From assembly GCF_057098645.1 (NCBI RefSeq), contig NZ_CM169472.1: a stretch of DNA of 64,000 bases; one strand, given 5' to 3'. Under the pieces are notes generated by a model, which worked only from the letters and a program-made list of their open reading frames with translations, was not told the origin of the DNA and made no database searches. Shown one piece after another: positions 1 to 12,203 of the stretch (positions within the stretch are counted from its first letter, which is position 1; the number at the start of each line of letters is the position of its first letter). Position numbers and translations under genes: made by a program.

Positions 1-258
1 GACAAGCGCCCCCTGCGGGCGCTTTCCTTCGTGATGGCGCTTCTGTTAGCAGGATGTATGTTTTGGGACCCATCACGTTTCGCCGCGAAGACCAGTGATC
101 TGGAAATCTGGCATGGTTTATTGCTGATGTGGGCCGTCTGTGCTGGTGTGATTCACGGCGTGGGCTTTCGTCCGCAGAAGGTTCTTTGGCAAGGGATTTT
201 TTGCCCATTGCTTGCCGATATTGTTCTCATTGTCGGGCTGATTTTCTTCTTCTTTTAA
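1..258 (+). CDS. ybgE: YbgE (cyd operon small membrane protein), 5-prime end lies before the window
   Basis: Frame 1 is open from nt 1 (DKRPLRALSFVMALLLAGCMFWDPSRF...FFFF) and matches recalled YbgE; stop at 256-258. Confidence 0.8.
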   Translation, partial: DKRPLRALSFVMALLLAGCMFWDPSRFAAKTSDLEIWHGLLLMWAVCAGVIHGVGFRPQKVLWQGIFCPLLADIVLIVGLIFFFF

Positions 259-281
259 ATCAGAATTCTCTTTAAAAAATT

Positions 282-309
282 ATGGGCCGCGCCAGGCCCA
301 TAAATTTTT
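282..309 (+). terminator. Intrinsic terminator after ybgE
   Basis: GC hairpin atgggcc-gcgcca-ggcccat followed by a T-run (aaattttt). Confidence 0.5.
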
Positions 310-407
310 ACGCTCCCTTAACTTGCCCTCATTCCCAAACCTCAATCGCGCGCGTATAGTAGCAGCGTTTAAAAGCTCTAACTTTTGTTGCATTACCGGG
401 ATGTAAA

Positions 408-1501
<1,094 letters not shown>

Positions 1502-1504
1502 GCC

Positions 1505-1933
1505 ATGGCCAGAGCGCGTGGACGAGGTCGTCGCGATCTCAAGTCCGAAATCAACATTGTACCGTTGCTGGACGTACTGCTGGTGCTGTTGCTGATCTTT
1601 ATGGCGACAGCGCCCATCATCACCCAGAGCGTGGAGGTCGATCTGCCAGACGCTACTGAATCACAGGCGGTGAGCAGTAACGATAATCCGCCAGTGATTG
1701 TTGAAGTGTCTGGTATTGGTCAGTACACCGTGGTGGTTGAGAAAGATCGCCTGGAGCGTTTACCACCAGAGCAGGTGGTGGCGGAAGTGTCCAGCCGTTT
1801 CAAGGCCAACCCGAAAACGGTCTTTCTGATCGGTGGCGCAAAAGATGTGCCTTACGATGAAATAATTAAAGCACTGAACTTGTTACATAGTGCGGGTGTG
1901 AAATCGGTTGGTTTAATGACGCAGCCTATCTAA
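1505..1933 (+). CDS. tolR: TolR
   Basis: 142 aa, MARARGRGRRDLKSEINIVPLLDVLLVLLLIFM... Confidence 0.95.
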   Translation: MARARGRGRRDLKSEINIVPLLDVLLVLLLIFMATAPIITQSVEVDLPDATESQAVSSNDNPPVIVEVSGIGQYTVVVEKDRLERLPPEQVVAEVSSRFKANPKTVFLIGGAKDVPYDEIIKALNLLHSAGVKSVGLMTQPI

Positions 1934-1997
1934 ACATCTGCGTTTCCCTTGCTTGAAAGAGAGCGGGTAACAGGCGAACAGTTTTTGGAAACCGAGA

Positions 1998-3263
1998 GTG
2001 TCAAAGGCAACCGAACAAAACGACAAGCTCAAGCGGGCGATAATTATTTCAGCAGTGCTGCATGTCATCTTATTTGCGGCGCTGATCTGGAGTTCGTTCG
2101 ATGAGAATATAGAAGCTTCAGCTGGAGGCGGCGGTGGTTCGTCCATCGACGCTGTCATGGTTGATTCAGGTGCGGTAGTTGAGCAGTACAAACGCATGCA
2201 AAGCCAGGAATCAAGCGCGAAGCGTTCTGATGAGCAGCGCAAGATGAAGGAACAGCAGGCTGCTGAAGAACTGCGTGAGAAGCAAGCGGCTGAACAGGAA
2301 CGCCTGAAGCAACTTGAGAAAGAGCGGTTAGCTGCTCAGGAACAGAAAAAGCAGGCTGAAGAAGCCGCAAAACAGGCCGAGTTAAAGCAGAAGCAAGCGG
2401 AAGAGGCGGCAGCGAAAGCGGCGGCAGATGCTAAAGCGAAGGCCGAAGCGGATGCTAAAGCTGCGGAAGATGCAGCGAAGAAAGCGGCTGCAGATGCGAA
2501 GAAAAAAGCAGAAGCAGAAGCCGCCAAAGCCGCAGCCGAAGCGCAGAAAAAAGCCGAGGCAGCAGCTGCGGCGCTGAAGAAGAAAGCGGAAGCGGCAGAA
2601 GCAGCTGCAGCTGAAGCAAGAAAGAAAGCGGCAACTGAAGCTGCTGAAAAAGCCAAGGCAGAAGCTGAGAAGAAAGCGGCTGCTGAAAAGGCTGCAGCTG
2701 ATAAGAAAGCGGCAGCAGAGAAAGCTGCAGCCGACAAAAAAGCAGCAGAAAAAGCGGCTGCAGAAAAGGCAGCAGCTGATAAGAAAGCAGCGGCGGAAAA
2801 AGCCGCCGCAGACAAAAAAGCGGCAGCTGCAAAAGCAGCAGCTGAAAAAGCCGCTGCAGCAAAAGCTGCCGCAGAGGCAGATGATATTTTCGGTGAGCTA
2901 AGCTCTGGTAAGAATGCACCGAAAACGGGGGGAGGGGCGAAAGGGAACAATGCTTCGCCTGCCGGGAGTGGTAATACTAAAAACAATGGCGCATCAGGGG
3001 CCGATATCAATAACTATGCCGGGCAGATTAAATCTGCTATTGAAAGTAAGTTCTATGACGCATCGTCCTATGCAGGCAAAACCTGTACGCTGCGCATAAA
3101 ACTGGCACCCGATGGTATGTTACTGGATATCAAACCTGAAGGTGGCGATCCCGCACTTTGTCAAGCTGCGTTGGCAGCAGCTAAACTTGCGAAGATCCCG
3201 AAACCACCAAGCCAGGCAGTATATGAAGTGTTCAAAAACGCGCCATTGGACTTCAAACCGTAA
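1998..3263 (+). CDS. tolA: TolA, with long Ala/Lys/Glu-rich helical domain II
   Basis: 421 aa, MSKATEQNDKLKRAIIISAVLHVILFAALIW..., repetitive (A/K/E)n domain at about 2300-2880, GTG start. Confidence 0.95.
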   Translation: MSKATEQNDKLKRAIIISAVLHVILFAALIWSSFDENIEASAGGGGGSSIDAVMVDSGAVVEQYKRMQSQESSAKRSDEQRKMKEQQAAEELREKQAAEQERLKQLEKERLAAQEQKKQAEEAAKQAELKQKQAEEAAAKAAADAKAKAEADAKAAEDAAKKAAADAKKKAEAEAAKAAAEAQKKAEAAAAALKKKAEAAEAAAAEARKKAATEAAEKAKAEAEKKAAAEKAAADKKAAAEKAAADKKAAEKAAAEKAAADKKAAAEKAAADKKAAAAKAAAEKAAAAKAAAEADDIFGELSSGKNAPKTGGGAKGNNASPAGSGNTKNNGASGADINNYAGQIKSAIESKFYDASSYAGKTCTLRIKLAPDGMLLDIKPEGGDPALCQAALAAAKLAKIPKPPSQAVYEVFKNAPLDFKP

Positions 3264-3395
3264 TCGCGATGTTGACTGTTCCGACGGTCAACATCAGGCA
3301 CCGGTTGCCACGGGGTTCTGGTAGTTTTGTGTATTTTAGTTTGTTAACATTCTGCTAAATTATCGTGGGCCATCGGTCCAGATAAGGGAGATATG

Positions 3396-4688
3396 ATGAA
3401 GCAGGCATTACGAGTAGCATTTGGTTTTCTCATACTGTGGGCATCAGTTCTGCATGCTGAAGTCCGCATTGTGATCGACAGCGGTGTAGATTCCGGTCGT
3501 CCTATTGGAGTTGTTCCTTTCCAGTGGGCGGGCCCTGGTGCGGCACCTGAAGATATTGGCGGCATCGTTGCTGCCGACTTGCGTAACAGCGGTAAATTTA
3601 ATCCGTTAGATCGCGCTCGTCTGCCACAGCAGCCGGGTAGTGCGCAGGAAGTACAACCAGCTGCATGGTCCGCGCTGGGCATTGACGCTGTAGTTGTCGG
3701 TCAGGTCACTCCGAATCCGGATGGTTCTTACAATGTTGCTTATCAACTTGTTGACACTGGCGGCGCACCGGGTACTGTACTTGCTCAGAACTCGTACAAA
3801 GTGAACAAGCAGTGGCTGCGTTATGCTGGTCATACCGCCAGTGATGAAGTGTTTGAAAAACTGACCGGTATTAAAGGTGCGTTCCGTACCCGTATTGCCT
3901 ACGTTGTTCAGACCAACGGCGGTCAGTTCCCGTATGAACTGCGCGTATCTGACTATGACGGTTACAACCAGTTTGTCGTTCACCGTTCACCACAGCCGCT
4001 GATGTCCCCGGCGTGGTCACCAGACGGTTCTAAACTGGCTTATGTGACCTTCGAAAGCGGTCGTTCCGCGCTGGTTATCCAAACGCTGGCAAACGGCGCT
4101 GTACGTCAGGTGGCTTCATTCCCGCGTCACAACGGTGCGCCTGCATTCTCGCCAGACGGCAGCAAACTGGCATTCGCCTTGTCGAAAACCGGTAGCCTGA
4201 ACCTGTACGTAATGGATTTGGCTTCTGGCCAGATCCGCCAGGTGACTGATGGTCGCAGTAACAATACCGAACCGACCTGGTTCCCGGACAGCCAGAACCT
4301 GGCATTTACTTCTGACCAGGCCGGTCGTCCACAGGTTTATAAAGTGAATATCAACGGCGGTGCGCCACAACGTATTACCTGGGAAGGTTCGCAGAACCAG
4401 GATGCGGATGTCAGCAGCGACGGTAAATTTATGGTAATGGTCAGCTCCAACGGTGGGCAGCAGCACATTGCCAAACAAGATCTGGCAACGGGAGGCGTAC
4501 AAGTTCTGTCGTCCACGTTCCTGGATGAAACGCCAAGTCTGGCACCTAACGGCACTATGGTAATCTACAGCTCTTCTCAGGGGATGGGATCCGTGCTGAA
4601 TTTGGTTTCTACAGATGGGCGTTTCAAAGCGCGTCTTCCGGCAACTGATGGACAGGTCAAATTCCCTGCCTGGTCGCCGTATCTGTGA
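3396..4688 (+). CDS. tolB: TolB periplasmic beta-propeller protein
   Basis: [21 protein letters not shown] signal peptide; 430 aa from the second ATG of the ORF. Confidence 0.95.
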   Translation: MKQALRVAFGFLILWASVLHAEVRIVIDSGVDSGRPIGVVPFQWAGPGAAPEDIGGIVAADLRNSGKFNPLDRARLPQQPGSAQEVQPAAWSALGIDAVVVGQVTPNPDGSYNVAYQLVDTGGAPGTVLAQNSYKVNKQWLRYAGHTASDEVFEKLTGIKGAFRTRIAYVVQTNGGQFPYELRVSDYDGYNQFVVHRSPQPLMSPAWSPDGSKLAYVTFESGRSALVIQTLANGAVRQVASFPRHNGAPAFSPDGSKLAFALSKTGSLNLYVMDLASGQIRQVTDGRSNNTEPTWFPDSQNLAFTSDQAGRPQVYKVNINGGAPQRITWEGSQNQDADVSSDGKFMVMVSSNGGQQHIAKQDLATGGVQVLSSTFLDETPSLAPNGTMVIYSSSQGMGSVLNLVSTDGRFKARLPATDGQVKFPAWSPYL

Positions 4689-4698
4689 TAATAATTAA

Positions 4699-5244
<546 letters not shown>

Positions 5245-5253
5245 GAGAATTGC

Positions 5254-6045
5254 ATGAGCAGTAACTTCAGACATCAACTATTGAGTCTGTCGTTACTGGT
5301 TGGTATAGCGGCCCCCTGGGCCGCTTTTGCTCAGGCACCAATCAGTAGTGTCGGCTCAGGCTCGGTCGAAGACCGCGTCACTCAACTTGAGCGTATTTCT
5401 AATGCTCACAGCCAGCTTTTAACCCAACTCCAGCAACAACTCTCTGATAATCAATCCGATATTGATTCCCTGCGTGGTCAGATTCAGGAAAATCAGTATC
5501 AACTGAATCAGGTCGTGGAGCGGCAAAAGCAGATCCTGTTGCAGATCGACAGCCTCAGCAGCGGTGGTGCAGCGGCGCAATCAACCAGCGGTGATCAAAG
5601 CGGTGCGGCGGCATCAACGACGCCGACAGCTGATGCTGGTACTGCGAATGCTGGCGCGCCGGTGAAAAGCGGTGATGCAAACACGGATTACAATGCAGCT
5701 ATTGCGCTGGTGCAGGATAAATCCCGCCAGGATGACGCAATGGTGGCATTTCAGAATTTCATCAAAAATTACCCTGATTCAACTTACCTGCCAAACGCCA
5801 ATTATTGGCTGGGTCAGTTAAACTACAACAAGGGTAAAAAAGATGATGCGGCGTACTATTTTGCTTCGGTAGTGAAAAACTATCCGAAGTCACCAAAGGC
5901 TGCAGATGCGATGTTTAAAGTCGGCGTCATCATGCAGGACAAAGGTGACACCGCAAAAGCGAAAGCCGTATACCAGCAGGTTATCAGTAAATACCCTGGT
6001 ACTGATGGCGCTAAACAGGCGCAAAAACGTCTGAACGCGATGTAA
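5254..6045 (+). CDS. cpoB: CpoB (YbgF), TPR-containing cell-division coordinator
   Basis: 263 aa, signal peptide, coiled-coil then TPR-like C-terminus; last gene of tol-pal. Confidence 0.9.
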   Translation: MSSNFRHQLLSLSLLVGIAAPWAAFAQAPISSVGSGSVEDRVTQLERISNAHSQLLTQLQQQLSDNQSDIDSLRGQIQENQYQLNQVVERQKQILLQIDSLSSGGAAAQSTSGDQSGAAASTTPTADAGTANAGAPVKSGDANTDYNAAIALVQDKSRQDDAMVAFQNFIKNYPDSTYLPNANYWLGQLNYNKGKKDDAAYYFASVVKNYPKSPKAADAMFKVGVIMQDKGDTAKAKAVYQQVISKYPGTDGAKQAQKRLNAM

Positions 6046-6209
6046 TGCATAACACACGACCAGAAGTCGCATTATTTCTGGTCGTGTCGTGCGAATCATA
6101 AGCAGTTGAGTGATCTACATCGAAATTTTTGTTGCGCTCAAGTCTGAAATCAGTAATATATGCCGCCGTTGCCACGGGATATCAAACAAACCGAAAGCAA
6201 CGAAAAAGT

Positions 6210-6285
6210 GGGTCGTTAGCTCAGTTGGTAGAGCAGTTGACTTTTAATCAATTGGTCGCAGGTTCGAATCCTGCACGACCCACCA
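6210..6285 (+). tRNA. lysT: tRNA-Lys (anticodon UUU)
   Basis: GGGTCGTTAGCTCAGTTGGTAGAGCAGTTGACTTTTAATCAATTGGTCGCAGGTTCGAATCCTGCACGACCCACCA; cloverleaf with encoded CCA. Confidence 0.9.
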
Positions 6286-6320
6286 CTAACCTAGTTAGTT
6301 GTAGTATCCAGCGTAGTATC

Positions 6321-6396
6321 GGGTGATTAGCTCAGCTGGGAGAGCACCTCCCTTACAAGGAGGGGGTCGGCGGTTCGATCCCGTCATCACCCACCA
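6321..6396 (+). tRNA. valT: tRNA-Val (anticodon UAC)
   Basis: GGGTGATTAGCTCAGCTGGGAGAGCACCTCCCTTACAAGGAGGGGGTCGGCGGTTCGATCCCGTCATCACCCACCA. Confidence 0.9.
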
Positions 6397-6398
6397 CC

Positions 6399-6474
6399 GG
6401 GTCGTTAGCTCAGTTGGTAGAGCAGTTGACTTTTAATCAATTGGTCGCAGGTTCGAATCCTGCACGACCCACCA
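6399..6474 (+). tRNA. lysW: tRNA-Lys (UUU)
   Basis: Identical 76-nt tRNA-Lys unit, 2 nt after valT. Confidence 0.9.
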
Positions 6475-6525
6475 CTAATTACGGTGGGTTCGGTGGAAGT
6501 AGTTTGTAGTATCCAGCGCAGTATC

Positions 6526-6601
6526 GGGTGATTAGCTCAGCTGGGAGAGCACCTCCCTTACAAGGAGGGGGTCGGCGGTTCGATCCCGTCATCACCCACC
6601 A
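6526..6601 (+). tRNA. valZ: tRNA-Val (UAC)
   Basis: Identical 76-nt tRNA-Val unit. Confidence 0.9.
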
Positions 6602-6604
6602 CTC

Positions 6605-6680
6605 GGGTCGTTAGCTCAGTTGGTAGAGCAGTTGACTTTTAATCAATTGGTCGCAGGTTCGAATCCTGCACGACCCACCA
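6605..6680 (+). tRNA. lysY: tRNA-Lys (UUU)
   Basis: Identical 76-nt tRNA-Lys unit. Confidence 0.9.
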
Positions 6681-6733
6681 ATTTTAACATCAAACTCAGA
6701 TGTTAAGCGTGAAGGATAACGTTGCGCCAGCAA

Positions 6734-6778
6734 CGGCCCGTAGGGCGAGCGAAGCGAGTCATCCTGCACGACCCACCA
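6734..6778 (+). repeat. tRNA-Lys 3-prime-end remnant repeat, copy 1
   Basis: CGGCCCGTAGGGCGAGCGAAGCGAGTCATCCTGCACGACCCACCA ends in the last 17 nt of tRNA-Lys; near-identical copy at 7123..7166. Confidence 0.6.
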
Positions 6779-6826
6779 ATCTTAAAGATTGGCCCCGAGT
6801 AAAAATCTTTCAGGTAACACCCGTAT

Positions 6827-6902
6827 GGGTCGTTAGCTCAGTTGGTAGAGCAGTTGACTTTTAATCAATTGGTCGCAGGTTCGAATCCTGCACGACCCAC
6901 CA
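6827..6902 (+). tRNA. lysZ: tRNA-Lys (UUU)
   Basis: Identical 76-nt tRNA-Lys unit. Confidence 0.9.
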
Positions 6903-6935
6903 TCCTGAATGATTAAAGCAGCATAATCCCGCAAG

Positions 6936-7011
6936 GGGTCGTTAGCTCAGTTGGTAGAGCAGTTGACTTTTAATCAATTGGTCGCAGGTTCGAATCCTGC
7001 ACGACCCACCA
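6936..7011 (+). tRNA. lysQ: tRNA-Lys (UUU)
   Basis: Identical 76-nt tRNA-Lys unit, last of the array. Confidence 0.9.
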
Positions 7012-7015
7012 ATGT

Positions 7016-7043
7016 AAAAAAGCGCCCTAAAGGCGCTTTTTTG
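7016..7043 (+). terminator. Intrinsic terminator after lysQ
   Basis: aaaaagcgcc-ctaa-aggcgc followed by TTTTTT. Confidence 0.75.
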
Positions 7044-7122
7044 CTATCTGCGATACTCAAAGATTCGAACCTGCAGCAGGTTTGAGTTGAGCGCAGCGAA
7101 ACAACGGAGCCGCTCGCGGCGA

Positions 7123-7166
7123 CGGCCCGAAGGGCGAGCGAAGCGAGTCATCCTGCACGACCCACC
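7123..7166 (+). repeat. tRNA-Lys 3-prime-end remnant repeat, copy 2
   Basis: CGGCCCGAAGGGCGAGCGAAGCGAGTCATCCTGCACGACCCACC; followed by a second copy of the terminator. Confidence 0.6.
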
Positions 7167-7172
7167 CGTGTT

Positions 7173-7199
7173 AAAAGGCGCCCTAAAGGCGCTTTTTTG
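7173..7199 (+). terminator. Second copy of the tRNA-operon intrinsic terminator
   Basis: aaaaggcgccctaaaggcgctttttt, same hairpin as 7016..7043. Confidence 0.7.
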
Positions 7200-7444
7200 C
7201 TATTCAGGCATCTCTCAATTTCAATTCTTAACCCTGATGAAATACTCCGCGCTTGCTGCGTAAATAACTTTACGTCGGAGGAATAAGATGCAAAGAGTGG
7301 CATTCGGCATCTCATACGTAATTCGAGTGACTTTTCCCCACCATTCGACTATCTTGTTTAGCATATAAAACAAATTACACCGATAACAGCGAATATGACG
7401 CTTATGTCGGTTTTAACGTTAAGCCTGTAAAACGAGATGGTAAG

Positions 7445-8488
7445 ATGAGCGTGATGTTTGATCCAGACACGGCGATTTATCCTTTCCCCCCGAAGCCGAC
7501 GCCGTTAAGCATTGATGAAAAAGCGTATTACCGCGAGAAGATAAAACGTCTGCTAAAAGAACGTAATGCGGTGATGGTTGCCCATTACTATACCGATCCC
7601 GAAATTCAACAACTGGCAGAAGAAACCGGTGGCTGTATTTCTGATTCTTTGGAAATGGCGCGCTTCGGTGCAAAGCATCCCGCTTCTACGTTGTTAGTCG
7701 CTGGGGTGAGATTTATGGGAGAAACCGCCAAAATTCTCAGTCCGGAAAAAACAATTCTGATGCCGACACTTCAGGCTGAGTGTTCACTGGATCTCGGCTG
7801 CCCTGTTGAAGAATTTAACGCATTTTGCGATGCCCATCCCGATCGTACTGTCGTCGTCTACGCCAACACTTCTGCTGCGGTAAAAGCGCGCGCAGATTGG
7901 GTGGTAACTTCAAGCATTGCCGTCGAACTTATTGATCATCTTGATAGTTTGGGTGAAAAAATCATCTGGGCACCCGACAAACATCTGGGGCGTTACGTGC
8001 AAAAACAGACGGGCGCAGACATTTTATGCTGGCAGGGTGCTTGCATTGTGCATGATGAATTTAAGACTCAGGCGTTAACCCGCTTGCAAGAAGAATACCC
8101 GGATGCTGCCATACTGGTGCATCCAGAATCACCACAAGCTATTGTCGATATGGCGGATGCGGTCGGTTCCACCAGTCAACTGATCGCTGCTGCAAAAACA
8201 TTGCCACATCAGCGGCTTATCGTGGCAACCGATCGGAGTATTTTCTACAAAATGCAGCAGGCGGTGCCAGATAAAGAGTTACTGGAAGCACCAACCGCAG
8301 GTGAGGGTGCAACCTGCCGCAGCTGCGCGCATTGTCCGTGGATGGCCATGAATGGCCTTCAGGCCATCGCAGAGGCATTAGAACAGGAAGGAAGCAATCA
8401 CGAGGTTCATGTTGATGAAAGGCTGCGAGAGAGGGCGCTGGTGCCGCTCAATCGTATGCTGGATTTTGCGGCTACACTACGTGGATAA
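7445..8488 (+). CDS. nadA: Quinolinate synthase NadA
   Basis: 347 aa, [37 protein letters not shown]... Confidence 0.95.
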   Translation: MSVMFDPDTAIYPFPPKPTPLSIDEKAYYREKIKRLLKERNAVMVAHYYTDPEIQQLAEETGGCISDSLEMARFGAKHPASTLLVAGVRFMGETAKILSPEKTILMPTLQAECSLDLGCPVEEFNAFCDAHPDRTVVVYANTSAAVKARADWVVTSSIAVELIDHLDSLGEKIIWAPDKHLGRYVQKQTGADILCWQGACIVHDEFKTQALTRLQEEYPDAAILVHPESPQAIVDMADAVGSTSQLIAAAKTLPHQRLIVATDRSIFYKMQQAVPDKELLEAPTAGEGATCRSCAHCPWMAMNGLQAIAEALEQEGSNHEVHVDERLRERALVPLNRMLDFAATLRG

Positions 8489-8525
8489 CGAATAATAAGG
8501 CGTAACGTTACGCTTTGGGGGAAAG

Positions 8526-9245
8526 ATGGATTTTTTTAGTGTGCAGAATATCCTGGTACATATACCAATAGGAGCAGGCGGTTATGATCTCTCATGGATC
8601 GAAGCGGTAGGCACGATCGCCGGGTTGCTGTGTATTGGCCTTGCCAGTCTGGAGAAGATCAGCAACTACTTCTTTGGCCTGATCAACGTCACCTTGTTTG
8701 GCATTATTTTCTTTCAGATTCAGCTGTATGCCAGCCTGCTATTACAGGTGTTTTTCTTTGCCGCGAATATTTACGGTTGGTATGCGTGGTCGCGACAAAC
8801 CAGTCAGAACGAGGCGGAGTTGAAAATTCGCTGGTTGCCATTGCCGAAGGCGCTAAGCTGGTTGGCGGTTTGCGTTGTTTCGATTGGTCTGATGACGGTA
8901 TTTATCAATCCGGTGTTTGCATTTTTGACCCGCGTGGCAGTCATGATCATGCAAGCATTAGGATTACAGGTTGTGATGCCTGAACTGCAACCGGACGCTT
9001 TCCCGTTCTGGGATTCATGCATGATGGTGTTATCTATCGTGGCAATGATTCTGATGACGCGTAAGTATGTGGAAAACTGGCTGTTGTGGGTGATTATTAA
9101 CGTGATTAGCGTCGTTATTTTTGCACTTCAGGGCGTTTACGCCATGTCTCTGGAGTACATCATCCTGACCTTTATTGCGCTCAACGGCAGCCGGATGTGG
9201 ATCAACAGCGCACGTGAAAGAGGCTCACGCGCGCTGTCCCATTAA
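8526..9245 (+). CDS. pnuC: Nicotinamide riboside transporter PnuC
   Basis: 239 aa polytopic membrane protein immediately downstream of nadA. Confidence 0.9.
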   Translation: MDFFSVQNILVHIPIGAGGYDLSWIEAVGTIAGLLCIGLASLEKISNYFFGLINVTLFGIIFFQIQLYASLLLQVFFFAANIYGWYAWSRQTSQNEAELKIRWLPLPKALSWLAVCVVSIGLMTVFINPVFAFLTRVAVMIMQALGLQVVMPELQPDAFPFWDSCMMVLSIVAMILMTRKYVENWLLWVIINVISVVIFALQGVYAMSLEYIILTFIALNGSRMWINSARERGSRALSH

Positions 9246-10183
9246 TGGTGATGATGTGAATGGCCAGACACCCCTTCATTCAGGTGGCAGTCTGGCCCAT
9301 GACAAGGTTGATATTCCATCTGAATGGTGGCGTGCTCAATCTGATAGTGATCCATCAGGTAGTGTTGGATCTGATCCAACAAGGCATCGTGATCGTGTGG
9401 CGGGATCACCTGCACATGCAACGTCATCACCGGCTTCTCGCCTACCATCCATACATGCACATGGTGCACATTGCGGACTTCCGGGATTTCCCGGCACATA
9501 CGACGCTTCAGTTCAGCGATATCCAGCGATACCGGTGCACCTTCAAGTAATTCATTCACGCTATCTTTCAACAGTCGCCACGCGCTACGCAGAACCAGAA
9601 GCGACACCAGTATCGAGAGAATGGGGTCAGCAGGTGTCCAGCCGGTCCAGATAATAATCAACGCGGCAATAATAGCCCCAACCAAACCCAGCAGGTCCCC
9701 GAGCACATGCAGTGCCGCTGCGCGCACGTTGAGGTTTTTCTCTTCGCTGCCGTGATGAAGTAACCAGAAAGAAAGTATATTTGCCAGCAACCCAGCCACG
9801 GCAATTGCCATCATCATGCCGCCCTCGACCGGACGCGGTGTGCGGAAGCGTTCTATCGCCTCCCAGACAATCAAAATGGTAATCACCACCAGGGCGATGG
9901 CATTCACAAACGCCGCGAGCGTGGTCAATCTTAGCCAACCGAAAGTGTGGCGAATGGTGGGAGGTCGACGTGAAAATTGCACGGCGAGTAGGGCGAAAAG
10001 CAGGGCAGCAGTATCGGTCAACATATGACCCGCATCGGCCAGCAATGCCAGAGAACCAGAAAGAAAACCACCAACGACTTCTACCAGCATAAACCCGGCA
10101 GTCACGCCGAAAGCATACAACAAGCGACGAGCATTATTATCTTCTGGCAGGTGTGAGGACGTGTGTGAGTGTGAGTGCGCCAT
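9242..10183 (-). CDS. zitB: Zinc efflux cation-diffusion facilitator ZitB
   Basis: 313 aa, His-rich N- and C-termini ([15 protein letters not shown]), CDF transmembrane core. Confidence 0.9.
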   Translation of the reverse strand: MAHSHSHTSSHLPEDNNARRLLYAFGVTAGFMLVEVVGGFLSGSLALLADAGHMLTDTAALLFALLAVQFSRRPPTIRHTFGWLRLTTLAAFVNAIALVVITILIVWEAIERFRTPRPVEGGMMMAIAVAGLLANILSFWLLHHGSEEKNLNVRAAALHVLGDLLGLVGAIIAALIIIWTGWTPADPILSILVSLLVLRSAWRLLKDSVNELLEGAPVSLDIAELKRRMCREIPEVRNVHHVHVWMVGEKPVMTLHVQVIPPHDHDALLDQIQHYLMDHYQIEHATIQMEYQPCHGPDCHLNEGVSGHSHHHH

Positions 10184-10296
10184 GACGAGTCATCCCTTAA
10201 TTATTCTCACTTAACTTTATGACATCATACTGCTTTTAGAAGTGAAAAATTAAAAGGGAGAGACTCCGCTCTCCCATTATTGGCTATTTTGCAGGG

Positions 10297-10677
10297 TTAC
10301 TGCGTGGTACCGTCGGTTTTGGTATCGACATCATTATTGATGCCATCACCGGTTTGTACCTTTTTATTGATATCCGGACAGCGATCATCTTTGCACATGG
10401 TGTTCTTGTGCTCTTCATCTTTGGTCATTCCGTCATTGTTCATTGAAGAACCATCCGAATGCAGCATTGTGCCGCCAGAACCGGTATTTACCCCGTTATT
10501 GTCGACGTTATTTGGCGCGACATTTTCACGGGCGTCAGGGGCTACCTGGCCCGCATCAGCTGCGGCGTTTGCCTGGCCGTTATTAGTTTGCGCTCCGCTA
10601 TCGGCAGCCAGTGCGGCACCGCTGGCAAGGCTTAGAGTGGCAGTCAGAAATAGTGTGGCCAGTTTTGTCATTTTCAT
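10297..10677 (-). CDS. ybgS: YbgS, small secreted protein
   Basis: 126 aa with signal peptide ([24 protein letters not shown]), Asn/Gly/Asp-rich. Confidence 0.8.
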   Translation of the reverse strand: MKMTKLATLFLTATLSLASGAALAADSGAQTNNGQANAAADAGQVAPDARENVAPNNVDNNGVNTGSGGTMLHSDGSSMNNDGMTKDEEHKNTMCKDDRCPDINKKVQTGDGINNDVDTKTDGTTQ

Positions 10678-10992
10678 AGGATGCTCCTGTTATGGTCGTT
10701 ATGTCGGATAACCTCTTCCAACAGTGCATTTGCAGGTGAATATAAGGCATTGGTTTAAGATTTCAGCCAGGTTATGAAACGCAGCAGAGAATCTTGAAAT
10801 AATTAACAAACAAAGGAGTTACAGTTAGAAATTGTAGGAGAGATCTCGTTTTTCGCGACAATCTGGCGTTTTTCTTGCTAATTCCAGGATTAATCCGTTC
10901 ATAGTGTAAAACCCCGTTTACACATTCTGACGGAAGATATAGATTGGAAGTATTGCATTCACTAAGATAAGTATGGCAACACTGGAACAGAC

Positions 10993-12045
10993 ATGAATTA
11001 TCAGAACGACGATTTACGCATCAAAGAAATCAAAGAGTTACTTCCTCCTGTCGCATTGCTGGAAAAATTCCCCGCTACTGAAAATGCCGCGAATACGGTT
11101 GCCCATGCCCGAAAAGCGATCCATAAGATCCTGAAAGGTAATGATGATCGCCTGTTGGTGGTGATTGGCCCGTGCTCAATTCATGATCCTGTCGCGGCTA
11201 AAGAGTATGCCACTCGCTTGCTGGCGCTACGTGAAGAGCTGCAAGATGAGCTGGAAATCGTGATGCGCGTCTATTTTGAAAAGCCGCGGACCACGGTGGG
11301 CTGGAAAGGGCTGATTAACGATCCGCATATGGATAACAGCTTCCAGATCAACGACGGTTTGCGTATTGCCCGTAAATTGCTGCTCGATATTAACGACAGC
11401 GGTCTGCCAGCTGCGGGTGAATTCCTCGATATGATCACTCCTCAGTATCTCGCTGACCTGATGAGCTGGGGCGCAATTGGTGCACGTACCACGGAATCGC
11501 AGGTGCACCGCGAACTGGCGTCTGGTCTTTCTTGTCCGGTAGGTTTTAAAAATGGCACAGACGGTACGATTAAAGTGGCTATCGATGCCATTAATGCCGC
11601 CGGTGCGCCGCACTGCTTCCTGTCCGTAACGAAATGGGGGCATTCGGCGATTGTGAATACCAGCGGTAACGGCGATTGCCATATCATTCTGCGCGGCGGT
11701 AAAGAGCCTAACTACAGCGCGAAGCACGTTGCTGAAGTGAAAGAAGGGCTGAACAAAGCAGGTCTGCCAGCTCAGGTGATGATCGATTTCAGCCATGCTA
11801 ACTCGTCAAAACAATTCAAAAAGCAGATGGATGTTTGTGCTGACGTTTGCCAGCAGATTGCCGGTGGCGAAAAGGCCATTATTGGCGTGATGGTGGAAAG
11901 CCATCTGGTGGAAGGCAATCAGAGCCTCGAGAGCGGGGAGCCGCTGGCCTACGGTAAGAGTATCACCGATGCCTGCATTGGCTGGGATGATACCGATGCT
12001 CTGTTACGTCAACTGGCGAATGCAGTAAAAGCGCGTCGCGGGTAA
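10993..12045 (+). CDS. aroG: Phe-sensitive DAHP synthase AroG
   Basis: 350 aa, MNYQNDDLRIKEIKELLPPVALLEKFPATE... Confidence 0.95.
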   Translation: MNYQNDDLRIKEIKELLPPVALLEKFPATENAANTVAHARKAIHKILKGNDDRLLVVIGPCSIHDPVAAKEYATRLLALREELQDELEIVMRVYFEKPRTTVGWKGLINDPHMDNSFQINDGLRIARKLLLDINDSGLPAAGEFLDMITPQYLADLMSWGAIGARTTESQVHRELASGLSCPVGFKNGTDGTIKVAIDAINAAGAPHCFLSVTKWGHSAIVNTSGNGDCHIILRGGKEPNYSAKHVAEVKEGLNKAGLPAQVMIDFSHANSSKQFKKQMDVCADVCQQIAGGEKAIIGVMVESHLVEGNQSLESGEPLAYGKSITDACIGWDDTDALLRQLANAVKARRG

Positions 12046-12095
12046 AGTTTAATTGTCGGATGCGCCGTCAGAGTGGCGTATCCGATGAATCACCG

Positions 12096-12130
12096 TAGGC
12101 CTGATAAGACGCGCAGCGTCGCATCAGGCA
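12096..12130. repeat. REP (repetitive extragenic palindromic) element
   Basis: gtaggcctgataagacgcgcagcgtcgcatcaggc, imperfect palindrome typical of E. coli REP. Confidence 0.6.
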
Positions 12131-12151
12131 ATGTGCTCCATTGTTAGCAAC

Positions 12152-12190
12152 AAAAAAGCCGACTCACTTGCAGTCGGCTTTCTCATTTTT
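12152..12190. terminator. Bidirectional intrinsic terminator between aroG and gpmA
   Basis: aaaaaagccgact-cacttgc-agtcggc with T/A runs on both sides. Confidence 0.6.
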
Positions 12191-12203
12191 AAACGAATGA
12201 CGT

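Noticed and set aside
31-258. 75-aa ORF called from an internal ATG at the window start
   Set aside because: The frame is open from nt 1 and the upstream residues match YbgE, so this is a 5-prime-truncated ybgE rather than a complete small gene.
2336-3010. Long minus-strand ORFs (224 aa and 154 aa) inside tolA
   Set aside because: They are antisense readings of the low-complexity Ala/Lys/Glu repeat tract; the plus-strand frame is authentic TolA.
6210-7011. Regularly spaced near-identical 76-bp units that could be mistaken for a CRISPR array
   Set aside because: Each unit folds as a canonical tRNA (Lys-UUU or Val-UAC) with encoded CCA; the spacers are irregular in length and there are no cas genes.
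9175-9654. Plus-strand ORFs (159 aa, 96 aa, 94 aa) across 9175-9755
   Set aside because: All lie antisense within zitB and are explained by the open opposite frame of a GC-rich gene.
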